Below are positions 38,701-51,000 of a DNA stretch of 64,000 nucleotides, piece after piece. Each line of letters begins with the position of its first letter. Position 1 is the first letter of the stretch. The notes beneath the pieces are model-generated. The model was not told where the DNA came from and did not search any database. It worked only from the letters and a program-made list of their open reading frames with translations. The position numbers and the translations under genes were made by a program. Origin of the DNA: Candidatus Woesearchaeota archaeon (GTDB lineage: Archaea > Nanobdellota > Nanobdellia > Woesearchaeales > UBA583); the NCBI GenBank assembly GCA_965205335.1, contig OZ242164.1:352001-416000 (forward strand). Reading direction: 5' to 3'.

Positions 38701-41563
38701 GAGTTCAACACCAGTAAATCTTGGAACTGTGAAAGCAATAAATAATGAGAGTAGTATAACATATTCAATTTCGGCAGGAGATACTAACAAATTTAGTATA
38801 AATTTCCAGACAGGAGAGATTACTTATATTGGAAGTGGGGAAGACCATGAAACAGACGACCAGTACACTCTAACAATTAATGCAGATGATGGAACAAATC
38901 AGGATACCACCCAAGTAACAATAGATGTGAATGATGTAAATGAACAGCCAGTATTTGAACAAAACTTATACACATTCAATATTGATGAAAATGTAGATGG
39001 GAGTTCAAATCCTGTATTCATTGGGAAAGTGACAGCAGAAGACCCTGATACTAACGATGTTGTGACATATACAATGACATATGGAGACACTAACAAGTTT
39101 AATATCAATTCAACAACAGGAGTTATAACATATATCGGAAATGGAGAGGATTATGAAGGAAATACATTTTCTTATGCTTTAAGAATAAACGCATACGATG
39201 GAGAAATAATTGGTGAAATACTTGCAGAAGTGAATGTGAATGTAGAGAATGTGAGTGAACCTCCTGTATTTGAACAAAACTCGTACACATTCAATATTGA
39301 TGAAAATGTAGATGGGAGTTCAAATCCTGTATTCATTGGGAAAGTAACAGCAGAAGATGATGATTTTGATTCTGTTTTAGAATACTCCTTATCAACAGGG
39401 GATACAAGTAAGTTTAAGATTAATTCAACAAATGGAAATATTACATATACTGGAACAGGAGAAGATTACGAAACAAACAATACATTTTATTTAACAGTTA
39501 TGGTAGATGATGGAGAAAGCAGTAGTGTTACCGTAGATGTTACCATTAATATCAACAATTTAAATGATGAAGGAGAATTTGGATTTGATAGAAGTTCATA
39601 TGTATTCAGTCTTGATGAGAATGAAGATGGGAGTTCAACACCAGTATCTATCGACACTGTAAATGCAATCAATAATAACGATACTATAACATACTCAATC
39701 TCCTCAGGTGATACTGATAAGTTTAACATTAGTTCAACAACAGGAGAGATTACATACATTGGAACAGGAGAAGATTATGAAAATGGAATAATTCAGTATA
39801 ATTTAACATTAACAGCAAATGATGGAGTAAATGAAAGCACTGTAAATGCTACCATTAACATTAATGATTTAGACGACAACAAACCTCCAATAGCAAGAGA
39901 TGATACAATTGAAATAATTTCAGGAGATACAATAAGCGTTCTATTAGGAGGAGATGTAAGCGTTAGAGACAATGACGAAGATGAAGATAACTTAATTTCC
40001 CAATTAACAGTAACTCTGATTAGTGATGCAAGTTATGGTAATTTAAAACTTAATGAAGATGGAACTTTCACATACAGACATTACGGTAACTCTACAACTG
40101 AGGATAACTTTGAATATAGCATTAGTGATGGTATTAATAGTAGCAGTGCAACTGTTACAATCTCAGTACAGGTGGACACATCAGCTCCTAATATTACTAT
40201 AACAAGTCCTGCTAACGGATTATCCACAACAAACACTACTCAAGAAATATCCTTTATAGCAACAGATAATACTTCCCCAGAAGCCTTTAAACCATTAAAA
40301 TTCAAAATATTTGTAGATAATACATTAGTAGAAGAGAAAGTCGGAAACAGCGATACAGCAGTATCATATACACTCTCTGAGTTATCAATTGATAGCCACA
40401 CATTTTGGGTTGAAGCAACAGACCCTGCTGGAAACTCACAGAATTCATCTAAGATAACAATTAATATTAATACAAACACCTCCTCTGACTCATCAGAAGA
40501 TGAAGACAGAGGAAACAGCGGAACTCGTTTATATGAAGGAGAGCCAAAAAAATTTAAAATAAAAAGCGGAGGATCAAGTGTTGAATTAATTGAAGTGGAA
40601 GCAAACAAGAGAGTAAACAACGTAAAAATAAAGGCAAAGAAAATTAGAATACTTCCGTCCTCAATAGATGAGGTCTCTAATGGAGAGGTATATGAGTACA
40701 TAGATATAACTGCAAGAAGATTGGACGATGATGAAATTGCTGATGCTACAATTGAATTCATTGTAGAAAAAGAATGGTTATCAGACAACGGATTTGACAA
40801 AGAAGAAGTGGTACTATTAATGTATGATGAGGATAATGATGAATGGGAAGAACTTGATACAGAAATAATCCTAGAAACTTCAACATACATTAGATACTCA
40901 GCAGATACTTCAGGATTTTCAACTTTTGCTATTGTAGGAATAAAGAAACCTGAACCAACACCAGTACCTACAACAGTTGAACCAACACAAGTATCAACTC
41001 AAACAGAGACCCAAACTGTTGAACCACAAACACCAGTACCTATTGAAACAACACCACAACCAACTCCTACTCCAGTTCCTAATACTATACCTAAAGGCAT
41101 AGATGTACCATCCTATAATAACCAAACCATAATCATATTTCTGATTGTAGTGACATTATTAGTATTAATAACTGCAGTATTTACAATAATCAAAAAAAGC
41201 AGAGGCAGGCGTTCAAGAGTAAAGAGAAAGATAAAATTACCAACTCAATCTCCTACTATATCTTTGGGAAGACCTACACTATCTGCAAGATCAATGCCTA
41301 TTCAATGCACCTCCACTAAGCACTTGAAAAAAATAAAGCAGAGAAAACCAATTGCTACAACAATCCTTTCAGGAGCATTGGGAATAATATTAGCCCTTAT
41401 AGCATTAGTTTCATACAGAATACTCTCACCAGAATCTATTGATGTCTCACTTTTAGGAAGTGTTAGTATAAACACTATTCTAATTTTCTCACTGATTATA
41501 GTGTTATCAGCAATATTTGCATTTTCCTTTAAAATAATCAGAGACAAATCAAATTACAATTAA
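35714..41563 (+). CDS. Cadherin-repeat surface adhesin (1949 aa) with Ig-like, PGF-pre-PGF, Pro/Thr stalk and 3 TM helices
   Basis: Signal peptide; more than 10 PVF.QNSYTF.LDEN...GEDYE...V.DVNE units; TSGFSTFAI; C-terminal hydrophobic segments. Confidence 0.87.
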   Translation: MERKNLPQNKVLRILMTLLLFIFISSVLAHAVSAVNNPPVFTSGDSFWVDENTVYVTTITANDSDSEDNITGYEVIYRDSSTMDSRHFQITNDGVLSFISPPDYENPTNFDPDKLGLYRLAVKVTSGSGSRERTAINRYIYVIVGDVDEFLSFSQNLYTFNLNESEKGNLIPLLLGSVNATSNDNLSNEIIYSITQGNTSKFNINRSNGQITYIGNGEDYESGKIQYNLTVQANDSVNNATANIIVYVNAVNEPPVFSQNSYTFNLDENADGSSNPISVGNVTATDEENDSVNYSITQGNTSKFNIDRSNGQITYIGNGEDYESGTTQYTLMVSANDSVNEETAQIIININNLNDNSPVFNQSSYTFRLDEKVVGNSTPVSLGNVTATDEDRDILTYSITQGDTDKFDINPSNGEITYIGSGEDYESGTTQYTLTVTANDSTSQVNAQVTVNVNNVNEPPVFDQNSYTFDLDENEDGSTNPVYVDTVNAADVDNGDNVEYSISAGDTNKFSINSTTGDITYIGSGEDYESGTTQYTLTVTADDGTSQVNAQVTVNVNNVNEPPVFDQNSYTFDLDENEDGSTNPVYVDTVNAADVDNGDNVEYSISAGDTNKFSINSTTGDITYIGTGENYESGTTQYTLTVTADDGTNQVDVQVTVDINDLNENTNEFGFEKSAYTFSIDENEDGSSTPVNLGTVKAVNNESTVTYSISAEDNNKFSINSQTGVITYIGNGEDYESGTTQYTLTVNANDTISQVNAQVTVNVDDVNEPPVFEQNSYSFDLDENVNGSSTPVNLGTVTAEDEDSGDNMEYSISAGDNNKFSINSQTGEITYIGSGEDYESGTTQYTLTVTADDGTNQVDVQVTVDINDLNENTNTFEFEKSAYTFSIDENVNGSSNPVNLGTVKAVNNESTVTYSISTGDTNKFAINSTTGTITYIGSGEDYETDNQYNLTVTADDGTNEVNVQVTVNINDLNENTEEFEFEKNAYTFNLDENEDGSSTPVNLGTVKAINNESSITYSISAGDTNKFSINFQTGEITYIGSGEDHETDDQYTLTINADDGTNQDTTQVTIDVNDVNEQPVFEQNLYTFNIDENVDGSSNPVFIGKVTAEDPDTNDVVTYTMTYGDTNKFNINSTTGVITYIGNGEDYEGNTFSYALRINAYDGEIIGEILAEVNVNVENVSEPPVFEQNSYTFNIDENVDGSSNPVFIGKVTAEDDDFDSVLEYSLSTGDTSKFKINSTNGNITYTGTGEDYETNNTFYLTVMVDDGESSSVTVDVTININNLNDEGEFGFDRSSYVFSLDENEDGSSTPVSIDTVNAINNNDTITYSISSGDTDKFNISSTTGEITYIGTGEDYENGIIQYNLTLTANDGVNESTVNATININDLDDNKPPIARDDTIEIISGDTISVLLGGDVSVRDNDEDEDNLISQLTVTLISDASYGNLKLNEDGTFTYRHYGNSTTEDNFEYSISDGINSSSATVTISVQVDTSAPNITITSPANGLSTTNTTQEISFIATDNTSPEAFKPLKFKIFVDNTLVEEKVGNSDTAVSYTLSELSIDSHTFWVEATDPAGNSQNSSKITININTNTSSDSSEDEDRGNSGTRLYEGEPKKFKIKSGGSSVELIEVEANKRVNNVKIKAKKIRILPSSIDEVSNGEVYEYIDITARRLDDDEIADATIEFIVEKEWLSDNGFDKEEVVLLMYDEDNDEWEELDTEIILETSTYIRYSADTSGFSTFAIVGIKKPEPTPVPTTVEPTQVSTQTETQTVEPQTPVPIETTPQPTPTPVPNTIPKGIDVPSYNNQTIIIFLIVVTLLVLITAVFTIIKKSRGRRSRVKRKIKLPTQSPTISLGRPTLSARSMPIQCTSTKHLKKIKQRKPIATTILSGALGIILALIALVSYRILSPESIDVSLLGSVSINTILIFSLIIVLSAIFAFSFKIIRDKSNYN
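36961..37650 (+). repeat. Near-identical 309-bp tandem cadherin-coding repeat
   Basis: caagtcaagtgaatgctcaag at 37038 and 37347. Confidence 0.88.
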
Positions 41564-41712
41564 AAATAATTCTTTTCAATTCTCAAAATTTTTAAACATA
41601 ACAGAATTACTAGTACATAAATTAATATTAAAATTTTTAGTCAAAATTCTCACACATTTTCTCCTACCATCATATTAATATCACAGATTCATTTAGAGAG
41701 ATATTAATAAAA

Positions 41713-41811
41713 TATAACTCAGGCTACGCCTTCCGATTCCCAGGAATGATTAACCTAATAGAAGATAAACCACCTGACGAAATAAACTCAATTGATGACA
41801 CAAAAAACTTT
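41713..41811 (+). pseudogene. Relic of DNA ligase 3' end (another copy at ~2741-2838)
   Basis: YNSGYAFRFPGMINLIEDKPPDEINSIDDTKNF vs ligase YNSGYALRFPRIISLREDKLLEEINTVSDIRNF. Confidence 0.85.
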
Positions 41812-42006
41812 CTTATATACAAGCAATTATCATAAATTATAAAAATATTGCTTTTTCGCGTTATAAGACACTCTAAAATACGTTAAAACCTACTAAAACC
41901 CAATTTAAATAGTCGTTCTCATTATATATTCACGACAATGATACGACACTAATTAGTAACAAAATTTTATAAATGAGTAAAATTTGCTATATATTAGAGA
42001 AGAAAT

Positions 42007-45000
42007 ATGGAGCAAAAAAAATTGTCACAACATAAGGTATTAAGGGCAACTTGGATATTATTTCTATTTGTTGTTTTGGCTGGACTGGCAAGCAGTTTAG
42101 CATGGGGTCAACAAGCCCCTACTTTTAATCAGAGTGAGTACCATTTCACTCTCGATGAGAATGCAGACGGAAGTTTATTCCCTGTAAATGTCGGTCGTGT
42201 AAATGCTACTGACCCTGAAAATGGCTCAGTGACATATTCTATTGATCTCAGCTCTATTAATGAAGAAGTTCTATTTGAAATTAATCCATCAACCGGTATA
42301 ATTACATATATTGGTGAAGGGGAAGATTATGATGAAGGAACACAAGAATATACCTTAAATGTTGTGGCGAGAGATAATGAAAATAAGATTGCAACAGCAG
42401 AAGTAATAGTTAATATTAATAATATTGATGAAGTTCCTGTTTTCAACCAGAGTTCATATACATTTTCCCTTGACGAGAATGAGGAGAATGTCCCCCTTGG
42501 TAATGTGGACGCTGAAGACCCTGAGAATGAACATGTAGAATACTTAATTATTTCCCCTAACTCTCTATTTAGTATTGAAACTACAAATGGAGACATTAGA
42601 TATACTGGAAATGGGGAGAACTATGAAACAAAAAATCAATATATCTTAACAATTGTTGCATATGAACGAGATAACAACTTAAGCATTTCCACTGCAAACG
42701 TTATTATTAACATTACAGATGTAAATGAAGCCCCAGAATTCAACCAGAGTTCATACACATTTACCCTTGACGAAAATTTAGATGGTAGTTCAAACCCTGT
42801 AAATGTTGGAAAAGTAAAGGCAACCGACCCTGACGCCGATAGTACTCTAACATACTCCATCACAGTAGGCGACACGAATAAATTTAACATTAACTCATCT
42901 AATGGAGAAATTACATATATAGGAAGTGGGGAAGACCATGAAACAGATAACCTATACACTTTAACAGTTAAGGTAAGTGATGGAAAAAACGAAGTTGATA
43001 ACAGAGTTAACATTAACATTAATAACTTAAATGAGATTCCTGCTTTCAGTCAGAATGCCTACTCTTTCATCCTTAGGGAGAATTCTGAGGGTAGTACTAT
43101 ACCTGTTGATAAAGTAACTGCAACTGATCCGGATGACACAGATACAATAACATATTCCATCCTATTAGGTGATAAAAATAAATTTAATATTTCATCAGAA
43201 ACAGGAGATATTACATATATAGGAGAAGGGGAAGACTATGAAAGTGACATTAGAGGTTATTTTCTAATTATAAAAGCAACAGATAATAATAATGCTACAT
43301 CAAATGCAATAGTAAATATAAAGATTGAAGATGATACAAGTGATGATAGAATTTTAAAATTTGACAGAAGTAAATATGTATTTAACATTGATGAAAATTT
43401 AAACGGTAGTTCAACATCTGTGGATGTTGGAAGAGTAACAGCCGCAGGAGGCACAGGTTCTTTCACATACGCTATCCAAGAAGGTGACACAGACAAATTT
43501 GCTATTGACTCAGGAAATGGAAATATTACTTACATCGAAAGTGGAGAAGATTATGAAAGTGGAGATATCCAATATAACTTACTGATTAATGTAAGTGATG
43601 GAGAAAACAACGTTACTACAAATGTTGTAATTGACATAAACAATTTAGATGAGAATCCTCTGCTCTTCAATAAAGAAACATATAACTTCACTCTTAGCGA
43701 AAATGTTAATGGAAGTGGGACTCCTGTGGATGTTGGTAGTGTAACTGCTACTAATTACAATAACGATCAAGTAAAATATCTAAGTATTACTACCGACACT
43801 CCATTTGAAATTAATCCTTCAACAGGAGCTATTACATATACTGGAAGCGGGGAAGACTACGAAAGTGTAACAAAACACTATGACTTAATAATCGCTGCAT
43901 ACAGAGAAAATAACAGTTCAGATGTTGCCACTACAAATATTGTAATTAACATAACAGATTTAAATGAAACTCCTGCTTTCAATCAAAGTTCATACACATT
44001 TTCTCTTGACGAGAATGCAGACGGAAGTTCAACACCAGTAGATGTTGGAAGTGTATCTGCCACTGACCCTGAAACAGATACAGTAACTTACTACATCAAT
44101 GATGACACCCTATTTAACATTGATTCATCAACAGGAGTTATTACATATAATGGAAGCGGAGAAGACTACGAAAGTAGAACAAAACAATACAGTTTAGAAA
44201 TCACAGCAGGAGATGGATTAAGTAATACAACTGCTGATTTTACAATTAATATCAATAACATAGATGAAACTCCAGTTTTCAAAAAAGATTCATACACATT
44301 CAGCATTAATGAGAATGTGAACGCAAGTTCAAACCCTGTGAATATTGGAACAGTAGAAGCAACTGATGCTGATGAAAATGATAACATAACATACTCTATT
44401 TCCGTAGGGGACACCAATAAATTCAATATTAATTCATCAGCAGGTGTTATCACATATATTGGGGAAGGGGAAGACTACGAAACATTCCCTAAGAACTATT
44501 CCTTAATTGTTTCCGCAAGCGATGGAGTAAACAGAGCAGACATCATAGTAACAGTTACAATTGCGGACTTAAATGATGGAGGATTTAGATTTGAAAGCAG
44601 TAGTTACATATTTAGCCTTGATGAGAACTTAGATGGCAGTGAAGATCCAGAAAATGTCGGCAGAATAAGTACAGTTAATGGTGTTAGTTCTGTGACATAC
44701 TCTATTACAAGAGGTAATACTAATGATAAATTCAGCATTGGTTCAGATGGAATTATTAATTATACCGGAAGCGGAGAAGATTACGAAAGTAGAACAAAAA
44801 GATATACTCTAACAATTAGTGCAAATGACGGAGATAAGACCATTACTACAAATGTTGTTATTAATATTAACAATTTGAATGATGAGGGAGAATTTGGATT
44901 TGAGAGAGAGGTGTATGTATTCTTCCTTGAAGAGAACGCTAATGGAGTCAACATCGGAAACGTTAGTACTAATGATGTTGTCGTTAACGGATTTGATAGA

Positions 45001-48000
45001 TACGATATTGTGGGAGGTGACTCCAATAAATTTAGCATTGATTCATTAACTGGGGCTATTACATACAATGGAGGTGGGGAAGACTATGAAAGTGATACAA
45101 AACAATATAATCTGCAAGTTAATGCAAGTTATTTTAATGAAAGTAATGAGAGAAATCAAGTTACTACAACTGTTGTAGTTAATATTAAAGATTTGGATGA
45201 TAACTCCCTTGTTTTCAATCAGAGTTCATACACATTTACTTTTGACGAGAATTTAGATGGTAGTTCAGACCCTCAAGATGTTGGAAGTGTAACCGCTGAA
45301 ATCCCAATATCTGGAACAGCTAATGGTTACCTAATTCTATCTCACACTAACCTATTTAACGTTACATCAGGAGGTAATGTTGTATATATCGGAGAAGGAG
45401 AAAACTATGAAAGTGGAACAATCCAATATGACTTAACAATTGTAGCATACATAGATGAGGACAGATCAAATGCCGCTACTGCAAATGTTGTAGTTAATAT
45501 TAATAACGTAAATGAAACGCCTTTCTTCAACCAGAGTTCATACACATTTACTCTTGATGAGAATTTAAATGGTAGTTTAAACCCTATAAATGTTGGAGGA
45601 GTAAAAGCAGCTGATAATGATACGAATGATGTCATAACATACTCCTTCATATCAGGACATGGTGATTTATTTAACATTAACTCATCCAATGGAGAAATTA
45701 CATATATAGGAAGTGGGGAGGATTATGAAAGAAGAACAAACCCACAATACATTTTAACAGTTAGGGCAAGCGATGGCATAAATAATGCTGACACAGATGT
45801 TGATATTAACATTACCGATTTAAATGAAATCCCTGCTTTCGAACTGAAAGTCTATTCTTCCACCCTTGCTGAGAATAGGGATGGAAGTGAAACTCCTGTT
45901 GATATTAGAACAGTAACTGCAACTGATCCAGACGGCAGAGAAGATACAATAACATATTCTATCCTGTTAGGTGATACAAATAAATTCAACATTTCATCAG
46001 AAAACGGACAAATTACATACATAGGAGATGGGGAAGACTATGAAAGAGATATCAGAAATTACGTTTTAGTTATAAAAGCAACAGATAATAAAAGTTCAGT
46101 CAATGCCATAGTAAAAATTGAACTTACAGACATTCAAAATGACAATGAACCTCTGAGATTTGGGGAAACTGAATATGTATTTAACATTGATGAGAACGCC
46201 GATGAAAGTGAAACTCCTGTATCTGTTGGAACAGTAACTGCTATAGAAGGCGCAGGTTCTCCCACATACGCTATCCACGAGGGTGATACAGACAAATTTG
46301 ATATTGATTCAAGAAATGGACTTATTACTTATATCGGATATGGGGAAGATTATGAAAGTGGAACAATCCAGTATAACTTAAAGATTAACGCAAGTGATGG
46401 TGAAGACTATGTTATTGTAAACGTTGTAGTTGATATTAATGACTTAAACGACAATCCATTAACTTTCAGGCAGAGAATGTACAATTTCAACCTTAGCGAG
46501 AATGATGATGGTAGTTCAACTCCTGTTGATATTGGAAGTGTAACTGCTACTGATTACAATAATGATCAATTGATATACTTCATCATTTCCCCTAATACCA
46601 AATTCGTTGTTGATTCTGCAACAGGAGATATAACATACACAGGAAGAGGAGAGAATTATGAAAGTGAGATCAAACAACATAATTTAATAATTGTAGCATA
46701 CTTAGAAGATGATAACACAAGCATTACATCCACAAATGTTGAAGTTAACATTACTGACTTAAACGAAACTCCTGTCTTCAATCAGAGTTCATACACATTT
46801 ACTCTTGACGAGAATTTAGATGGTAGTTCAGACCCTCAAGATGTTGGAAGTGTATCTGCTACTGACCCTGAAACTGATACAATAACTTACTCTATTAATG
46901 AAGGGACTCCATTTGAAATTGACTCAGATGGAGCCATTACATATACTGGAAGCGGGGAAGATTACGAAAGTGAAACTAAACAACATGATTTAAAAATTAC
47001 AGCAAGTGATGGAGTAAGAGATGCTACTGTAGATGTTACTGTTAAAATTAATAATCAAGATGATAATGTCCTTGTTTTCAAAGAAAGTTCATACACATTC
47101 GGTGTTAATGAAAATCTAAATGGAAGTTCAAATCCTGTAAAAGTTGGAACAGTAGAAGCAGATGACGCCGACGGCGAAGATTACAATGTAACTTACTCAA
47201 TTTCAGTAGGAGATACCAATAAATTTAACATCAACTCATCAACAGGAGTTATTACATATATAGGAGAAGGTGAAGACTACGAAACACCTCCAAGCAATTA
47301 TACTTTGATTGTTATTGGAAGTGATACCCAGACTACAGACAATACTATAGTAACAATCGTAATTAGAGATGTGAAAGATCAAGGATTCAGATTTGAGGAA
47401 CTTGAGTATGCATTTAACATTGACGAGAATGTGGATGGAAGTACAACACCTGTAAATATCGGCAATGCAAAAGCTATAGAGGGAAGTGGTACCCCTACAT
47501 ACTCCATCTCAGAAGGAGACACTAATAAATTCAGAATAAATTCAAGAAACGGGAATATTACATACATCGGAAGTGGGGAAGATCACGAGAGTGAAACTAA
47601 ACAATATAACCTTACTATTATGGCAAAAGATGGAACGGATAATGCCACAGTAAAAGTAGTAGTTAATATTAATGATTTATATGATAACCCAATTGTTTTC
47701 AATCAGGACTTATACACATTCACTCTTGACGAGAATGAAGATGGTAGTTCAACTCGTGTAGATGTTGGAACTGTAACTGCTACCGATGGTGACAGTACTT
47801 CAAATCCTCTTGCATATACCATAGAAGAAGGAGATATAAGCAAGTTTTTCATCAACAGACAAAGTGGAGTTATCTCATATATTGGAAGTGGAGAAGATTA
47901 CGAAAGCGAAACAATACAATACAATCTAACTGTTAGGGCAAATGATGGAAAGAACACTACAACAGCAAAAGTAGTAATCAACATTAATAATTTAGATGAT

Positions 48001-51000
48001 AACTCTCTTGCCTTCAATCAGAGTTCATACACATTTTCTCTTGATGAGAATGAAGATGGAAGTTCAACAGCAGTTCCTGTTGACAGTGTAAATGCTGCTG
48101 ATATTGACGATTCTTCAAGTACTATTGCATATACAATAAAGGAAGGTGATACAAGCAAATTTGCTATCAACAGATTAAGTGGGGCTATCTCATACATTGG
48201 AAATGGGGAAGATTACGAAAGTGGAGTAACTTCATATGAATTAACCGTTAAAGCAAGTGATTGGTTAAATGAAGTTACTGCAAATGTTATTGTTAATATC
48301 AATAACTTAAATGAATCCCCTGCTTTCGAAAAGAATATCTATACTTTCACCCTTGATGAGAACCTAGATGGAAGTTCAACACCAATATCTATCGGAAATA
48401 TTAGTGCCACTGACCCAGAAGATGACTCACTGACATACCACCTTGTTAGTGAGCAGGTTCCATTTGTTGTTAATCCTCTAAATGGAAACATTCAATATAT
48501 CGGAAGCGGTGAGGATCATGAAACAAAAGACGAATATAACCTAACTGTTAGGGCAAGTGATGACATAAATAACGCCACTTCTAATGTTCTGGTTATTATC
48601 TTTGACTCAAATGAATTCTCTGTTGTTTTCGTACCTAATAGCAGTTATGTATTCACTCTTAACGAGAATGAGGATGGAAGTGTGACTCCTGTTTTCGTTG
48701 GAAATGTAACCGCTACTGATAAAGATAGTACAAGTGAGATACAATATTCAATCTTTATAGGAGATACAAATAAATTTAATATCAATTCGTCAACTGGTGA
48801 AATCACATATATTGGAGAGGGGGAAGATTACGAAAGTGGAACAATCCAGTATAGTCTAACAATTGAAGCAAGTGATAATGGAAACAGAGGTATTGCCGAA
48901 GTTACTATTAATATCATTGAAATAGATGGAGTCCTTGAGTTCTCAGATGATAGTTATACATTCACCCTTAATGAGAATGCAGATGGTAGTTCAAACCCAG
49001 TAGATGTTGGCACAGTAAGTGCAGGTGACTCCGACTCCACAGAAGATATTACTTATTCCATTACAAAAGGTGATACAGATAAATTTAACATTGATTCAGA
49101 AACAGGAGAGATTACATATGTTGGAGATGGAGAAGATTATGAGAGTGGAGTAACCCAGTATGAATTAACAGTTAAAGCAAGTGTTAGAACAACAGAAGTT
49201 ACTGCTGATGTTACTATTAATATTAACAACCTAAATGATGGAAGTGAGTTTGGATTTGAGAGAAGTTCATATGTATTCAGCCTTGATGAAAATGCAGATG
49301 GCAGTACAAACCCTGTAAACATTGGAACAGTAAATGCAATTAACAATAATGGTGATATAACATACTCAATCTCCTCAGGTGACACAAACAAATTTAACAT
49401 TAATTCATCAAGCGGAGCTATTACATACACAGGAAGCGGAGAAGACTATGAAAGTCAGACTAAACAATATACTCTAACAGTTACTGCATCAGATGATAAT
49501 GATGAAATAACTACTGATGTTACCATTAATATTAATAATTTAAATGATGTAATCAATGAGCCACCAGTAGCAAGAGATGATGAAATTGAAATAATCTCAG
49601 GGGATACTACAAGTGTTCTATCTAATGGAAAGACAAGTGTGAGAGACAACGATGAAGATGAGGACAACTTGAATTCCCAATTAACTGTAACTCTAATCAA
49701 CGATGCAAGTCATGGAAATCTAACACTTAATGAAAACGGAACCTTCACATATATGCACTATGGTAATAGTACAACCGATGATAGCTTTAGATATAGTATT
49801 AGCGATGGTATTAATGGTAGCAGTGCAACGGTTACAATTTCAGTGCAGGAGGACACATCACCTCCTACTGTCAATATAACAAGTCCTGCTAACGGATCAT
49901 CCACAACAGATACTACCCCAGAAATATCCTTTATAGCGATGGATAACACATCCCCAGAAGCCTTTAAGTCATTAAAATTCAAAGTATTTGTAGACAACAA
50001 TACACTAGTAAGGGAGGAAGTCGGAAACAGCAATACAACAATATCCTATAATCTCTCTGCGTTATCAATAGGTAGCCATACATTTTGGGTTGAAGCAACT
50101 GATCCTGCCGGAAATTCAAAGAACTCATCTAATGTAACAATTAACATTAACAGAGCCACAACCTCTTCATCCTCATCAGGAGGGGGAGGCGGTGGAAGTA
50201 GTAGTGGAACTCGTTTAGATGAAGGAGATCCAGAAGAATTTAGAATAAGAAGTGGAGGCTCAAGCGTTGATTTAATTGAAGTAGAAGCAAATGAGAGAGT
50301 AAACAACGTAAAAATAAAGGCAAAGAAACTTACAAGACTTCCGTCCTCAGTAGATGAAACCCCTAGCGGACAGATATATGAGTATATAGATATAACTGCA
50401 AGTAGATTAGATGATGATGAAATTGCTGATGCTACAATTGAATTTATTGTAGACAAAGATTGGTTATCAGACAATGAATTTGATAAAGAAGATGTGGTGC
50501 TATTAAGATATGATGAAGAAGATGATGAATGGGAAGAACTTGATACCGAGGTAATTGGGGAAAGTGCAATAGAAGTTAGATATTCTGCAGATACTTCAGG
50601 ATTTTCAACTTTTGCTATAGTAGCAATAAAGAAACCTAAGACTGAAACAACACAGATATCAGTTGTTACAACACAACAACCCACTCCAACTAAAACAGAA
50701 CCAGTTGAAAAAACTCCTGAACCAGTTGAAACAACACCAGAACCTACTCCAACCCCTACTAAAACAACACCTACAAGTACAGATACTTCATCTTTCAACA
50801 ACCTCCTTATAATCATACCTTTGATTGTAGTGACATTTGTAGTATTAATAATTGCAGTATCTATAATAATTAGAAAATCCCTGAGTAGACGTTCTGGAGT
50901 AAAAATAAGAAAAAAGATAAGACCTCCTGTTCAATCCCCTACTATCTCACTGGAAAGATCTAGATCGGTTCCAACTCCGATGTCAGTTCAACCTCCTAAG

